Source: Spirochaetota bacterium | GTDB taxonomy: Bacteria; Spirochaetota; UBA4802; UBA5550 | Assembly: GCA_016928865.1 (NCBI GenBank) | Contig: JAFGJX010000105.1 | Location: forward strand, 5,786 to 69,785 | Direction: 5' to 3' | DNA: 64,000 bases | Shown here: piece after piece, positions 9,661 through 19,608 of the stretch | How the letters are laid out: the number at the start of each line of letters is the position of its first letter | Position numbering within the stretch: position 1 is the stretch's first letter | Notes under the pieces: model-generated | What the model was told of the DNA's origin: nothing | Seen by the model: only the letters and a program-made list of their open reading frames with translations | Databases searched by the model: none | Made by a program: the position numbers and the translations under genes

Positions 9661-10542
9661 ATGATAGAGCAGATCCTGGCCCGATTCCAGTTCAGCGAGT
9701 CCGCCCTCCGGCTCACGGTCTTTATCTGTGTTTTTGCGGCAGTGGCAATTGGAGAGATTGCAGCGCCCAGGCGGGCGAGAGCCGCGGGCAGGGCGGGCCG
9801 GTGGTTTTCAAACCTCTCCCTTATGCTTGTTAACACGCTGCTGGTGCGCCTCGTCTTCGCAGCTGTTCCGATTTCGATGGCGGTGCTCGCGCGCGCGAAC
9901 GGCTGGGGATTGCTGAACGCGCTCGGCGCGCCCCCGTGGCTCAATGTCATTGCGGGCGTTGCGCTTCTTGACCTGGCAGCGTACCTCCAGCACGTCATGT
10001 TCCACATGCTCCCCCCCCTCTGGAGGCTGCACCTGGTCCACCATGCGGACCCCGACGTTGACATTACCACCGGCGTGCGCTACCATCCGCTTGAGGCGGT
10101 CGCGGCCGTATCGATAAAGCTTGCCGCGGTATCGGTGATCGGTCCGTCGCCGCTGGCGGTCATCGTGTTTGAGATATTCCAGGGGGCCGCCGCGCTCTTC
10201 ATACACGGGAACGTGCGTCTGTCCGCGACCGCGGACCGGGTTGCGCGATATGCCGCGGTCACGCCGGACATGCACCGCGTACACCATTCAGTGGTTGTGC
10301 GGGAAACCAACAGCAATTTCGGGCTCGGGTTTTCATGGTGGGACCGGATGTTCGGCACCTACCGGGAACAGCCGGCCGCCGGGCAGGAGAACATGGCCAC
10401 AGGGCTGGAACAATATCGTGACCGGGAAGGCTTTTCACTGGCGAGGCTCTTTATCCTGCCGGCCATCGCCGACCCAGGCCGCTACGACATCACCGGTCAT
10501 GATCCCGGTTCCGGAGAGGGCGGCGCGAAGGGCGCCGGGTGA
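9661..10542 (+). CDS. Fatty acid hydroxylase / sterol desaturase family membrane protein
   Basis: Histidine boxes (HVMFH, HLVHHADPD, HRVHH) within a multi-TM protein. Lies 26 nt downstream of the prenyl synthase. Confidence 0.8.
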   Translation: MIEQILARFQFSESALRLTVFICVFAAVAIGEIAAPRRARAAGRAGRWFSNLSLMLVNTLLVRLVFAAVPISMAVLARANGWGLLNALGAPPWLNVIAGVALLDLAAYLQHVMFHMLPPLWRLHLVHHADPDVDITTGVRYHPLEAVAAVSIKLAAVSVIGPSPLAVIVFEIFQGAAALFIHGNVRLSATADRVARYAAVTPDMHRVHHSVVVRETNSNFGLGFSWWDRMFGTYREQPAAGQENMATGLEQYRDREGFSLARLFILPAIADPGRYDITGHDPGSGEGGAKGAG

Positions 10543-10556
10543 GGCCCGGCGCGTTC

Positions 10557-11255
10557 TCACTTGGTCATGATTATACCGCGCATGTCGCGGTACTGGTCGG
10601 CAAGGGCGAGGGAACCGTTCTCGAGCATGTGGAAGAATACCGGATAATCGTCCGGCCTGTCCTTTTTCAGCCAGATGACGTTTTTGCACCGGAGGATATC
10701 CCCGGTAACGGCCGGCCTGTTTGAAGCTCCGTCTTTTTCGTAGATCATCTCGTCCTGGGTTATCGTGAACCTGCCGTCAGCCGTGCAGCGATAGACCGTC
10801 ACTTTCCCCTTCAGTATGACGCGTATCTCACGGATGTTCCACTCCCGCGGCCGCGAAAAGCAGCCGACATATCCGAGGAAGTAATCGAATATCCATCCCT
10901 TCAGGTTGATGTTGACGCTGTCTCTGACGTATGCCCATCTTCCCTTCATGCCGCCGATGGTCACCTCTTCCGGTTTGACGTAGAGGACGGTGAGCTTCCT
11001 GGTCGCGGCGGGCCGGTCGACCACGCGCGAGGTGAGGTCGGGGCGCGTCCGGAGATTGACAACGTTCCCGGTCACAACCGCGAAGCGCTGATAAGCGGTC
11101 TCAAACTGTCCTTCAACGCACTGGCCCGAAAGACATCCCTTTTTGATGTCGGGCGTCTCGTTTGTTCCCCCCGAGCCTCCGGGGCCGGAACAGGCCGGAG
11201 CCAGCGCGAGCGCTGCGGCCATGACAAGGTAATGCAGTATCCCTGTGTATCTCAT
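10557..11255 (-). CDS. Probable lipoprotein with an SH3b-like segment
   Basis: Signal peptide ending ALAPAC. Segment VVNLRTRPDLTSRVV...GRWAYV resembles bacterial SH3. Confidence 0.5.
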   Translation of the reverse strand: MRYTGILHYLVMAAALALAPACSGPGGSGGTNETPDIKKGCLSGQCVEGQFETAYQRFAVVTGNVVNLRTRPDLTSRVVDRPAATRKLTVLYVKPEEVTIGGMKGRWAYVRDSVNINLKGWIFDYFLGYVGCFSRPREWNIREIRVILKGKVTVYRCTADGRFTITQDEMIYEKDGASNRPAVTGDILRCKNVIWLKKDRPDDYPVFFHMLENGSLALADQYRDMRGIIMTK

Positions 11256-11280
11256 GACAGGATCTCCGTCGATGCGCGCG

Positions 11281-12189
11281 TTACTTATCGTTGGGGTCTT
11301 TCGGCGTGAGCCATTTTATCAGATCGGCGATGTCCCTCTCTTTTGGGAAGGCCTGGATCATCGTCTTTTCATCCTCAACGCTGCCGTACATCGCCTCGTT
11401 GACTAGCTTGCCGATCAGCGTCTCGATGTCCTTGTCGGTGTTTTTCAGAATGATGATCAGATCGGGCCCTGATTTGTATCCCCAGTTGAAGCCGTCGCGG
11501 CCGTTTGCTATGAAGGTTTCCGTGACCCCGTCGCCGTCCGCGTCCTCGCAGATGTACATCGTGCCGTCCGAGGCCTTGGCCTTGGCTGCGGTGTAATATC
11601 TATCGGTATAGTCCGCGCTCTCTGTTGCCGAATAGGGGCGGGGTATCCGTTTCCGGTCAATATGCATGTCCGCGTCCCTGCGGTTTCTCAGTATCTGGCG
11701 GAATTTTTCAACGTGCTCGATGATGAATTTGTCCCGTATTGATTTATAGAAGGAGCCGAAGTTCGTCGACACGAATTCCTCATTGGCGTTCATCATCACC
11801 GGCGAACGCCGGTCCATGATCTGTATGAAGTCGGGCTTGCCGTTTATCTTATTGGTCCATACAAGTTCCTGCTCGTTTTCACCGTAGATGTTCCGCATTT
11901 CGGCCTGGAACTTCCTGGCCTTCGCGTCAAAGGGGGTATCATGCCCGTCCTTCATCAGGAACATCTTGCGGTCCTTTATGATAAGAAGCGACTCCATCGA
12001 GTGGTCCTGCTCAATAGTGCTGAAATGCTCGATCCTCTGGAAAACGACCCGGTCTGTTTCATAGTTTGAAACTTTGCTCACGTCTATAGGAAGAAATGGG
12101 TACTCTTTGGATCCCGCCGAAATGGCGGCAAGCACTATCAGGCAGAAGGTCGTTATTGATATGAGGGCCCGTTGTGTATTGCGTATCAT
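11281..12189 (-). CDS. Hypothetical secreted protein
   Basis: 302-aa ORF with an N-terminal hydrophobic signal/anchor (ALISITTFCLIVLAAISAG). No family recognised. Confidence 0.5.
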   Translation of the reverse strand: MIRNTQRALISITTFCLIVLAAISAGSKEYPFLPIDVSKVSNYETDRVVFQRIEHFSTIEQDHSMESLLIIKDRKMFLMKDGHDTPFDAKARKFQAEMRNIYGENEQELVWTNKINGKPDFIQIMDRRSPVMMNANEEFVSTNFGSFYKSIRDKFIIEHVEKFRQILRNRRDADMHIDRKRIPRPYSATESADYTDRYYTAAKAKASDGTMYICEDADGDGVTETFIANGRDGFNWGYKSGPDLIIILKNTDKDIETLIGKLVNEAMYGSVEDEKTMIQAFPKERDIADLIKWLTPKDPNDK

Positions 12190-12330
12190 GGCATCACCGT
12201 TTTCACAGGATATTGACTTGTTGACAAGTATTTGGTTATTGTATCGGACATATGGTAAAATATCTTGAATACCCTTTACTCCCTGAGAGGGGGCTGGGCC
12301 GAAGATTTTTGGGCCTGAAAACTAAAAATC

Positions 12331-12360
12331 TTGACAATCGCCGGAATAAAACGCTAAATT
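12331..12360 (+). promoter_or_regulatory. Candidate sigma70-type promoter for the MORN-repeat gene
   Basis: TTGACA (12331-12336), 18-nt spacer, TAAATT (12355-12360), about 25 nt upstream of the RBS and ATG at 12386. Confidence 0.35.
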
Positions 12361-12385
12361 CGTGCAAATCCTGAGGGGGAAAGCA

Positions 12386-14353
12386 ATGAAAAGGGCGATG
12401 TTAATCCTGTTGATGATTGTGGCCGGGGGGTTCTCCGCGTGCGACACGATAAAAAAGCATGTCCGTACCGGCGGGGACAGCGCCATCCCAGCGGACCGCG
12501 CGGTACAGAAGGAGGCGCGGGAGGCGCCGTCTGACAGGGGCACCCTCGAATGGGACAACTACCGGTACGTCGGGGAGACGAAAAACGGCAGGCCCCACGG
12601 TAAAGGCGTCCTCTATGTTCTGGACGACAAGGGCAATGTCATCAAGAAGATCGAGGGCATGTTTGAGAACGGCGTTCCGGTCGGCGAAGCGGTCGTGTCC
12701 GAATACGATTCGCGGGGCAGGCTGATCGCCAGCTTCAGGGGGACCCTGAAAAACGGTCACTATGACCGGGGCACCCTGACCACCTATCATGAAAACGGCA
12801 AGATAAAGAGCGTGCAGGACGGGTTCTTCGAGAACGACCGGCTCAGCGGCGAGGGCGTGATGAAGACCTATGACGAGCGCGGCATACTCAGGAGCGAGTA
12901 TTCGGGCATGTTCTCCGAAGGGATGCCGGACGGCAGGGGCGTGCTCATCTCCTACGATAAAGACGGTAAGATCGAATCGAAGATAGCGGGCACCTTCTAC
13001 AAGGGCAAGCCGAGCGGCCTTGTCGACATTTACCGGTATGATGCAAAGGGGAGGCTGGTCAAAAAGATATCGGGCAAGTATCTCAATGGCGTCATTGAGG
13101 GTGAGGCCACCATCCTGACCTACGACAGCAAGGGCAGGGTAAAGAGCAAATATACCGGCGAGGTAAAAAACGGCAAGCCGGAGGGCCGGGGAACCCTCAT
13201 CACCTATGATAAGGAAGGGAGGATGAAGAGCAAGTATACCGGCATGTTCATTAACGGCGTGCCGGAGGGAGAGGGAAAGCTTGTCGTCTATAACAAGCAG
13301 GGCGCCGTGATAGAGGAATATGAAGGTCGTTTCAAGAACGGGAAATTCGACGGCGGCGGCACGCTCACGACCTACAATGATCGCGGCGTTGTGGTGCGCA
13401 GGTACGAGGGGAAGTTCAAGGACGGGATGAAGCATGGCGACGGAATCCTGTACACGTACGATGACAGCGGCAGGCTTATCAAAAAATATATCGGCGATTT
13501 CAGCAACGATCTCCGCGACGGCCAGGGTACGGAGTTCCGGTACAACCAGAACGGTATCGTGGTAAGGAAATATCTGGGCCAGTACGTCAGCGACAGGGAG
13601 ACCGGCGAGGCGTCGATTCTGACCTATGACGATAGCGGTAAGCTCCTGTCCCATTACATCGGCCAGGTGATTGACGGGAAACCGAACGGCGAGGGCACCA
13701 TGATCCTTTACGACCGGCAGGGCCGGATCAAGTCGAAGTATATCGGTCAGTTTGTCGACGGGAAGCGCCACGGCGACGGGTCGCTGTTCGAGTACGATGA
13801 AAAGGGGAATATCATCGCCAGGTACTCCGCCTCCTGGGCAAATGGCGTGATGCTGAAGGAGAAGAAGCTTACCGTCGGGGAGGGGGATTCCTACGAGGGC
13901 GAATGGAAGAACGGCAGGAAGCACGGCTTCGGCATCTACACCTGGGGCAAGAGGTCGGAATGGTTCGGCGCGCGTTACATCGGCGCTTTCAAGGACGACC
14001 GGATGGACGGCCAGGGTTCGCTCGTGCTCCCCTCTGGCGACAAATACGTGGGGGAATTCAAGGACGGGAAGATCGACGGGAAGGGTGTCTGGTATTACGT
14101 CGACAGCTCGCGGTATATCGGCCGGTTCAGGGCCGGCGAGCGGGACGGCCGGGGGGTCAAGATCTGGTCTGACGGCCTGAAGTATGTGAGCGACCTTGAC
14201 AGCTACTACCACAGCGAGAAGAACGCCTACTGGCCGAATGACGAGAAGAAATATATCATGAAGATATGCCCCGACCGCACGAAAAACGGCAAGGGCTCGT
14301 ACGTGTGGGAAGAAGACCAGATGTACGACACGGGACCCGGAGACGGGGAATAG
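12386..14353 (+). CDS. MORN-repeat lipoprotein
   Basis: Signal plus Cys (LLMIVAGGFSAC). About 15 tandem ~28-aa units (GxGxLxxYDxxGxxxxxYxGxFxNGxxxG), then about 4 classical 23-aa MORN units (YEGEWKNGRKHGFG...). Confidence 0.85.
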   Translation: MKRAMLILLMIVAGGFSACDTIKKHVRTGGDSAIPADRAVQKEAREAPSDRGTLEWDNYRYVGETKNGRPHGKGVLYVLDDKGNVIKKIEGMFENGVPVGEAVVSEYDSRGRLIASFRGTLKNGHYDRGTLTTYHENGKIKSVQDGFFENDRLSGEGVMKTYDERGILRSEYSGMFSEGMPDGRGVLISYDKDGKIESKIAGTFYKGKPSGLVDIYRYDAKGRLVKKISGKYLNGVIEGEATILTYDSKGRVKSKYTGEVKNGKPEGRGTLITYDKEGRMKSKYTGMFINGVPEGEGKLVVYNKQGAVIEEYEGRFKNGKFDGGGTLTTYNDRGVVVRRYEGKFKDGMKHGDGILYTYDDSGRLIKKYIGDFSNDLRDGQGTEFRYNQNGIVVRKYLGQYVSDRETGEASILTYDDSGKLLSHYIGQVIDGKPNGEGTMILYDRQGRIKSKYIGQFVDGKRHGDGSLFEYDEKGNIIARYSASWANGVMLKEKKLTVGEGDSYEGEWKNGRKHGFGIYTWGKRSEWFGARYIGAFKDDRMDGQGSLVLPSGDKYVGEFKDGKIDGKGVWYYVDSSRYIGRFRAGERDGRGVKIWSDGLKYVSDLDSYYHSEKNAYWPNDEKKYIMKICPDRTKNGKGSYVWEEDQMYDTGPGDGE

Positions 14354-14362
14354 CGGGGCGCC

Positions 14363-15910
14363 ATGACCACGAAGTCCAGAGTCATTGCGGCCGGAACGGT
14401 TTTTCTGGTCCTGAGCATGTTCCTCTACTTCACGGTGAGGTTCAAGTACATTGAACGGGACATCGTGCGTTCGCTGGTGGTGAAGACCAACAGGATCGTG
14501 GCTGAATACAGGGCCATGGAAAAGCGCCTGGCCGGGAAAAAACAGGCGCCATCGTCAGAAGACCTGTCCGGGTTCCTCGGTGCGGTCCACAAGAGCAACA
14601 GGGACATTGCTCTCATGGCGATTACCAACCCGGATCTCAGCGTGCGCCTGTCAAGCAAGAATGACCGCTATATCAGGACGACCGGGCTGTTCGAAGCCAT
14701 CCTCAATGATTTCACCAGGAACGCCTTTGCCATCAGCCGGGAGAATCCCTACACCGTCAGGTACTATAACGAGAAAACGGCGCGCGGCATAGATCAGGTC
14801 AAGTTTTACATCTTCGTCACGAGAGTGGGCGAATACCGGCTCATGATAGCGTATCCCTACCTCTTCAGGGGGGAGATACTCGTGCGCACCGCGCTTGAAC
14901 TTGCGCTGATCATCGCGTTTATCGTGGTTGTCTTCGCCGCCCTGTATATAGCACTCACAAAAAGGAGGCCGCGCGGGGTCGGAGACGAGCGGTATACCAT
15001 CGACGTGGGTCTCCGCGACCGGGCCGTGTCGCGCGGGGACGGCATCGTGTCGCGCGATACCGCTTCGATCGCATCAGACACCCTGGGCGGGTACGTGCAC
15101 GAGCTGTTTAAAAAGGTGAGCAGGGCCTATGGCGCGGACAGCATCTCTCTCTATATCTTCCATCCGTCGGGAAGGCTGGTAAAGACCATGGAGCTGAACG
15201 GAAACACCTTCCTCAAGATCGATTCCGTCAGCTTTGACACCATCGATGCCGGTGACGAGGCCGGCCGCGAGCTGCAGGGCGGCGCGACCATGGTGTTGGA
15301 GGACGGCCGCAGGGTGCTCATTCCTCTTGTGTACAATAATGCCTTCCTGGGATGCGTGGTGATGCTCAAGCGGGACGGCCTGCAGGGGAGCGAGATCCGC
15401 GAGCTCAAGACCGCCATGGCGGGCATACTGAAGAATATCCATGATTACATGGTTGTCAACGATGTGATGATTGACGCGGAAACGGGGCTGTACAGTAAAA
15501 TATATTTCAATCTCAAGTATGATGAATGCCGGAAAACGTGGAAGGGCAACGGCAGGATCTTTTCCGTCATGATCATCTGGCTGTTCGATAAAATTGAACA
15601 GATAAATAATAATGAAAAGAATACGGCAATAAGGCTTATTGCGCCGTCGCTGGCTGATATCATAAAAAATGAAGGATTCATATGCAGGTATGACGAGTAT
15701 CTGGCCGTGCTGTTGCCTGATGCCGGTGTCCGGAGTGCCAGGAACATGGCCCGCGAGATAAAGGGATCCCTGAGCAGCTTCCGGATTAGAATCAGCGCGG
15801 AAACCGCGGTGAGGGTTGCGCCTCTTGCAGGTGTTGCCTCAATTGATATGGCCGGCGCCGATCAGGACTGTCTCGGTATTGCGATGCGTCAGATTCATCA
15901 GGTCGGTTAA
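14363..15910 (+). CDS. Membrane-anchored GAF-like protein with a degenerate GGDEF domain
   Basis: Two TM segments. GGDEF-fold signature DAETGLYSKIYF...SVMIIWLFDKIEQIN...ICRYDEYLAVLL, with RYDEY replacing the GG(D/E)EF motif. Only 9 nt separate it from the MORN gene. Confidence 0.65.
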   Translation: MTTKSRVIAAGTVFLVLSMFLYFTVRFKYIERDIVRSLVVKTNRIVAEYRAMEKRLAGKKQAPSSEDLSGFLGAVHKSNRDIALMAITNPDLSVRLSSKNDRYIRTTGLFEAILNDFTRNAFAISRENPYTVRYYNEKTARGIDQVKFYIFVTRVGEYRLMIAYPYLFRGEILVRTALELALIIAFIVVVFAALYIALTKRRPRGVGDERYTIDVGLRDRAVSRGDGIVSRDTASIASDTLGGYVHELFKKVSRAYGADSISLYIFHPSGRLVKTMELNGNTFLKIDSVSFDTIDAGDEAGRELQGGATMVLEDGRRVLIPLVYNNAFLGCVVMLKRDGLQGSEIRELKTAMAGILKNIHDYMVVNDVMIDAETGLYSKIYFNLKYDECRKTWKGNGRIFSVMIIWLFDKIEQINNNEKNTAIRLIAPSLADIIKNEGFICRYDEYLAVLLPDAGVRSARNMAREIKGSLSSFRIRISAETAVRVAPLAGVASIDMAGADQDCLGIAMRQIHQVG

Positions 15911-16176
15911 CGTTTGTTTCCCTAAATTGGAAAGAATTTTTATTATTTTGTTGACATAAAACTTGAGGCAAAAAATATATAATTTAGTTAAATTTTACGT
16001 GAGAAGCCGCTGATTATTAAATAATTGTACTGTTAATTTCTCATGATTGCGCATATCTGGTTGCCCGTACGCCTGCTGTGGCGGAGGATGCGAAAGGGAT
16101 ATTTGTATCTGGGTATTGACAGTGTTGCAATATACCAATTTTTTGCTTTATATAATTGAAAAAAAGGAGAAGCTTG

Positions 16177-16749
16177 GTGAAACGGACAGTACTTCTTATC
16201 GGACTCCCCTTTATTTTATCCTTCTATGCTTCCTTTATAGTTTCCGAGAAGGGTTGTGCTTATGTGATGGCCAATCATCCGGAGAAAGAGGTTGTATTCA
16301 ACCACCAGACGCACTTAACCAAATATTTTCCCGAAAACGGCATGGCCAAGGACGACTGCGAAGTCTGCCACGGGTATAATGAAAACGGCAGGTTCAAGGG
16401 CGTTCCGACGGTCGGCGATTGCACCTCCTGCCATGACCGGGAAAGCTCGGCAAGCGAGGGGGCACCTGGAATAGCGCGCCGGAAACCGATGCTGGATAAA
16501 TACGCTGACACGGACAAGCCGTGGGGATCTTTTGCGAAGCAGCCTGATCTTGTCTATTTCAGCCACAAGGTCGTCATGACCGCGGAGTATGACGATGGCA
16601 GGAAAAAGGCCCGTTGCGGCTCGTGCCACGGCGACAAGTCGAACTCCAGGGACATGTCGATGGTGAAGGGCAAGATGCTCATGGGACAGTGCGAGGATTG
16701 CCACACCGCGCTGCATATAAGCAACAAGTGCGCAGTATGCCACGATTGA
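16177..16749 (+). CDS. Membrane-anchored pentahaem cytochrome c (QrcA/ActA-like)
   Basis: Five CxxCH motifs (CEVCH, CTSCH, CGSCH, CEDCH, CAVCH). N-terminal hydrophobic anchor. Preferred start is GTG 16177, 7 nt after AGGAGA; the ORF track starts at TTG 16156. Confidence 0.85.
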   Translation: MKRTVLLIGLPFILSFYASFIVSEKGCAYVMANHPEKEVVFNHQTHLTKYFPENGMAKDDCEVCHGYNENGRFKGVPTVGDCTSCHDRESSASEGAPGIARRKPMLDKYADTDKPWGSFAKQPDLVYFSHKVVMTAEYDDGRKKARCGSCHGDKSNSRDMSMVKGKMLMGQCEDCHTALHISNKCAVCHD

Positions 16750-16791
16750 TATCCTGATATCATGAAACTTGTCAGAGGAGAAAAGTAATCC

Positions 16792-18759
16792 ATGAAAAAG
16801 ATAGAGAGAAAAGATTTTCTGAAGATAGGCGGCGGCGCGGTGGTGGGCGGTCTCACCGGCTATGTTTTTTCCGGCGCTCCGTTCCTCGGCCTGCAGTGGC
16901 TGGTTGAATGGACCCAGGACCAGTACGTGCCGGCGCCCGGGAGGGAAGAATACCTCAAGTCCATCTGCTCCGCCTGCCGTGCTCAATGCGAGATGTCTAT
17001 ACGGATGATCGGGGACCGCGCGGTGAAGATCGAATCCTCGAACAGCGGGTGCCCGTTCAGCCAGAACGCGCTTCAGCTCGTCTATCATCCGGAGCGGATT
17101 GACGCGCCGCTCAAGCGGACCGGCAGCAAGGGGACTGCGAAGGCCTCCGCGTTCGAAAAGGTCACCTGGGACGAGGCCCTGGCGGATATCTCCAAGCGCA
17201 TGAACGCTCTGATCGCCGCGAAAAAAGGAAACCTCATCGCCGGCATCAACAAGAACGACAATCTCGCCGCGGCGCTCCTGGACCGGATGGTCAGGGCGGC
17301 GGGCAGCAGCAACACATATTACGAGCCGTCGTTGAACTCGCTCACGCAGGCCGCCCTGGGCGGATATGTTGATTACGATTTCACGAACGCGGATTACATC
17401 CTGAGCTTTGGCGCGCGTCTCCTGGAAGGCTGGGGGTCATCGTGCTCCATGAACAGGGCTTTCGTTGAATGGAAGAAGAGGGGCGCGAAACTCGTCCAGG
17501 CAGATGCGGTCCGTACGCGGACGGCGTCAATCGCGGACCAGTGGCTCCCCATCAAGCCGGGCACGGAGCTTGTCCTGGCAATGGGTATCGCGAACTATTT
17601 AATGAGGAAAGGAAGGGCCGTCGGCGGCGCCGACTGGATGGCGGTCGTTCGCGCCTACACGACCGACAAGGTGGCCGCCATGACCGGCCTGAAGAAGCAG
17701 CAGATTGAAGAGGTGGCCGAGGCCTTCTCCCGGGCAAGAAACCCGATCGCGGTCGCGGGCCGGGGCGGAAAGGGAGTATCCTCTTCGTCCGCGGAAATCA
17801 TGGCCGTCTACGCGCTCAACGCGATGGTCGGGTCGCGCGCAGCACAGCTGAAGAAAAATCCCGGGCTGGGACAGCCGGCCCTCTCGCCGAACGCGGCAGC
17901 CTCCCTCGGGGGAGCGAAGACCCATGCCGGCTTTGACGATTTCATCAAGAACGGCGCGTTTGAAATGCTGTTCGTGAACGAGGCGGACCCGGCGTATCGC
18001 AGCGTATACGGCAGTGAATTGATCAATAAGATGGAAAATGCGTTTGTCGTGGGCATCATGCCGCTTCTCAATGACACGGCAATGTACGCTGATTATATAC
18101 TTCCCTCATTGAGCTTCCTTGAATCCGCCAGCGCGGGCGGCGACGCGGCGCTCAAGCCGTACATGAAGGCGGTACACGCGGGCGACGCCGTCATCAACCT
18201 CGCGAAGAAGGTGGACGATATCAAGGGTAACTTCAGGTGGGACGGCTATGTCGATCTCGTGAAGGGCTACGGGGCAGCGGTCGGCGCCGGCGGCGTCAAT
18301 TACAACGCCAGGGTGCTGAAGGACCAGCTCGCGCTGCTTGATAAGAGCCTCAAGGCCTCGGAAGAGTTTCCGCTCTCCCTCATCCCGACCGAGCTGACAT
18401 TTGTCGGCGACGGCGACGGAATGGCGTTTCCCTACGTTCTCAAGACAATTGACGACAAGACCTTCTCTCAGGGCAAGCTCTGGGTTCAGATCAATCGTGA
18501 AACCGCCGACCGGGAAGGCGTCAGCGAAGGCGAGCGGATCGACATTGAATCGTCGCGTGGCGAGATCGGCAGCGTTCGCGCCCACCTGACGGACACGGTG
18601 GCCCCGGATACGATAGCCATCCCGCTGGGATTCGGCCACAGGGCCTGCACGAAGTACGCGAAGAAGAAAGGCGTGAATCCCAAAGAGATTATGGCGAACG
18701 ACATCGATCCCCTGACCGGGGCCGCGAACTGGTGGCTCACCAGGGTCAAAATCAGCTAA
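16792..18759 (+). CDS. Molybdopterin-oxidoreductase-family (MopB) protein, probably cofactor-less (QrcB/ActB1-like)
   Basis: Tat-like ERKDFLK (RK instead of RR). FS0-type CSACRAQC...GCPF. Short for a catalytic MopB at 655 aa. No Cys/Sec at the by-eye metal-ligand segment (AAGSSNTYYEPSLNSLTQ). Confidence 0.8.
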   Translation: MKKIERKDFLKIGGGAVVGGLTGYVFSGAPFLGLQWLVEWTQDQYVPAPGREEYLKSICSACRAQCEMSIRMIGDRAVKIESSNSGCPFSQNALQLVYHPERIDAPLKRTGSKGTAKASAFEKVTWDEALADISKRMNALIAAKKGNLIAGINKNDNLAAALLDRMVRAAGSSNTYYEPSLNSLTQAALGGYVDYDFTNADYILSFGARLLEGWGSSCSMNRAFVEWKKRGAKLVQADAVRTRTASIADQWLPIKPGTELVLAMGIANYLMRKGRAVGGADWMAVVRAYTTDKVAAMTGLKKQQIEEVAEAFSRARNPIAVAGRGGKGVSSSSAEIMAVYALNAMVGSRAAQLKKNPGLGQPALSPNAAASLGGAKTHAGFDDFIKNGAFEMLFVNEADPAYRSVYGSELINKMENAFVVGIMPLLNDTAMYADYILPSLSFLESASAGGDAALKPYMKAVHAGDAVINLAKKVDDIKGNFRWDGYVDLVKGYGAAVGAGGVNYNARVLKDQLALLDKSLKASEEFPLSLIPTELTFVGDGDGMAFPYVLKTIDDKTFSQGKLWVQINRETADREGVSEGERIDIESSRGEIGSVRAHLTDTVAPDTIAIPLGFGHRACTKYAKKKGVNPKEIMANDIDPLTGAANWWLTRVKIS

Positions 18760-18774
18760 GAGGTATAAACGGAT

Positions 18775-19578
18775 ATGAAAATGAAAAGAAGATGGGGAAT
18801 GGCAATCGATCTGGACAAGTGTACGGGCTGCGGCACCTGCGCCATCGCCTGCGCGCAGGAGAACAACATGCCGGTGCTCGAGGACGATTCCGATCTGCCG
18901 AAGCGCGTCCAGTTCCTCGACCTCATGAAAGTCACCAATGACCGCGACGCCAGGTATCCCGACGTCGAGGTCTGCTTTATACCGAAAATGTGTCAGCAGT
19001 GCGAGGGCAACGACCCGAAGGACCCGCGGCCGCCCTGCGTGTCAGTATGTCCGGTCGTGGCGACCGACGTCGGCGACGACGGGATCGTCAGCCAGGTATG
19101 GTCGCGCTGCATCGGCTGCCGATACTGCCAGGCGTCGTGTCCCTACGAGGCGCGCGCCTTCAACTGGTGGAAGCCGCGTTACGAGGGGTCATTCAAGGAT
19201 TCTCTCAACCCGGACGTTTCGGTTGCGTCCCGCGGTACCGTGGTCAAGTGCCAGTTTTGCAGCCATATCTGGAAGCGCGAGCGCGACAAAGCCGTCGCAG
19301 CGGGCGAGCTGGATATCAACGCCGTTACCTACACCCCGGCCTGCGCAGCCTCCTGCCCGACCGGCGCGATCGTGTTCGGGGACCTGAACGACCCGAATTC
19401 CGAGCTCTGCAGGCTGCTCGATAAGGAGAAGGCGCGCAAGTTCCGCCTGGTTCATACCATTGACGAGAAAGACGAGAAGACGAAAGAGAAGCTGATGCAT
19501 ATTAAGAATTTCCCGAATCCCAAGGTTTATTATCTCACTAGCAAGGCCTGGATCAAGGAAATGATGAAATTTAAATAG
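18775..19578 (+). CDS. Four-cluster 4Fe-4S ferredoxin subunit (PsrB/QrcC-like)
   Basis: CTGCGTCAIAC, CQQCEG...CVSVCP, CIGCRYCQASCP and CQFC...CAASCP cysteine groups. Confidence 0.9.
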   Translation: MKMKRRWGMAIDLDKCTGCGTCAIACAQENNMPVLEDDSDLPKRVQFLDLMKVTNDRDARYPDVEVCFIPKMCQQCEGNDPKDPRPPCVSVCPVVATDVGDDGIVSQVWSRCIGCRYCQASCPYEARAFNWWKPRYEGSFKDSLNPDVSVASRGTVVKCQFCSHIWKRERDKAVAAGELDINAVTYTPACAASCPTGAIVFGDLNDPNSELCRLLDKEKARKFRLVHTIDEKDEKTKEKLMHIKNFPNPKVYYLTSKAWIKEMMKFK

Positions 19579-19608
19579 ACTCCGATACTCTGATAAAGGA
19601 GAAAAAAA

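Noticed and set aside
12401-14212. 603-aa ORF antisense to the MORN-repeat gene
   Set aside because: The sense strand has a clear signal peptide and a regular MORN repeat pattern. The antisense translation is low-complexity and rich in Pro, Ala, Val and Arg. Long stop-free shadow frames of this kind are expected in GC-rich repetitive coding DNA.
16122-16133. tgttgcaatata upstream of the cytochrome operon, matching the first 10-11 nt of the repeated element
   Set aside because: Only the first ~11 nt match and none of the conserved core follows. This is probably chance or a generic promoter-like TTGCAA.
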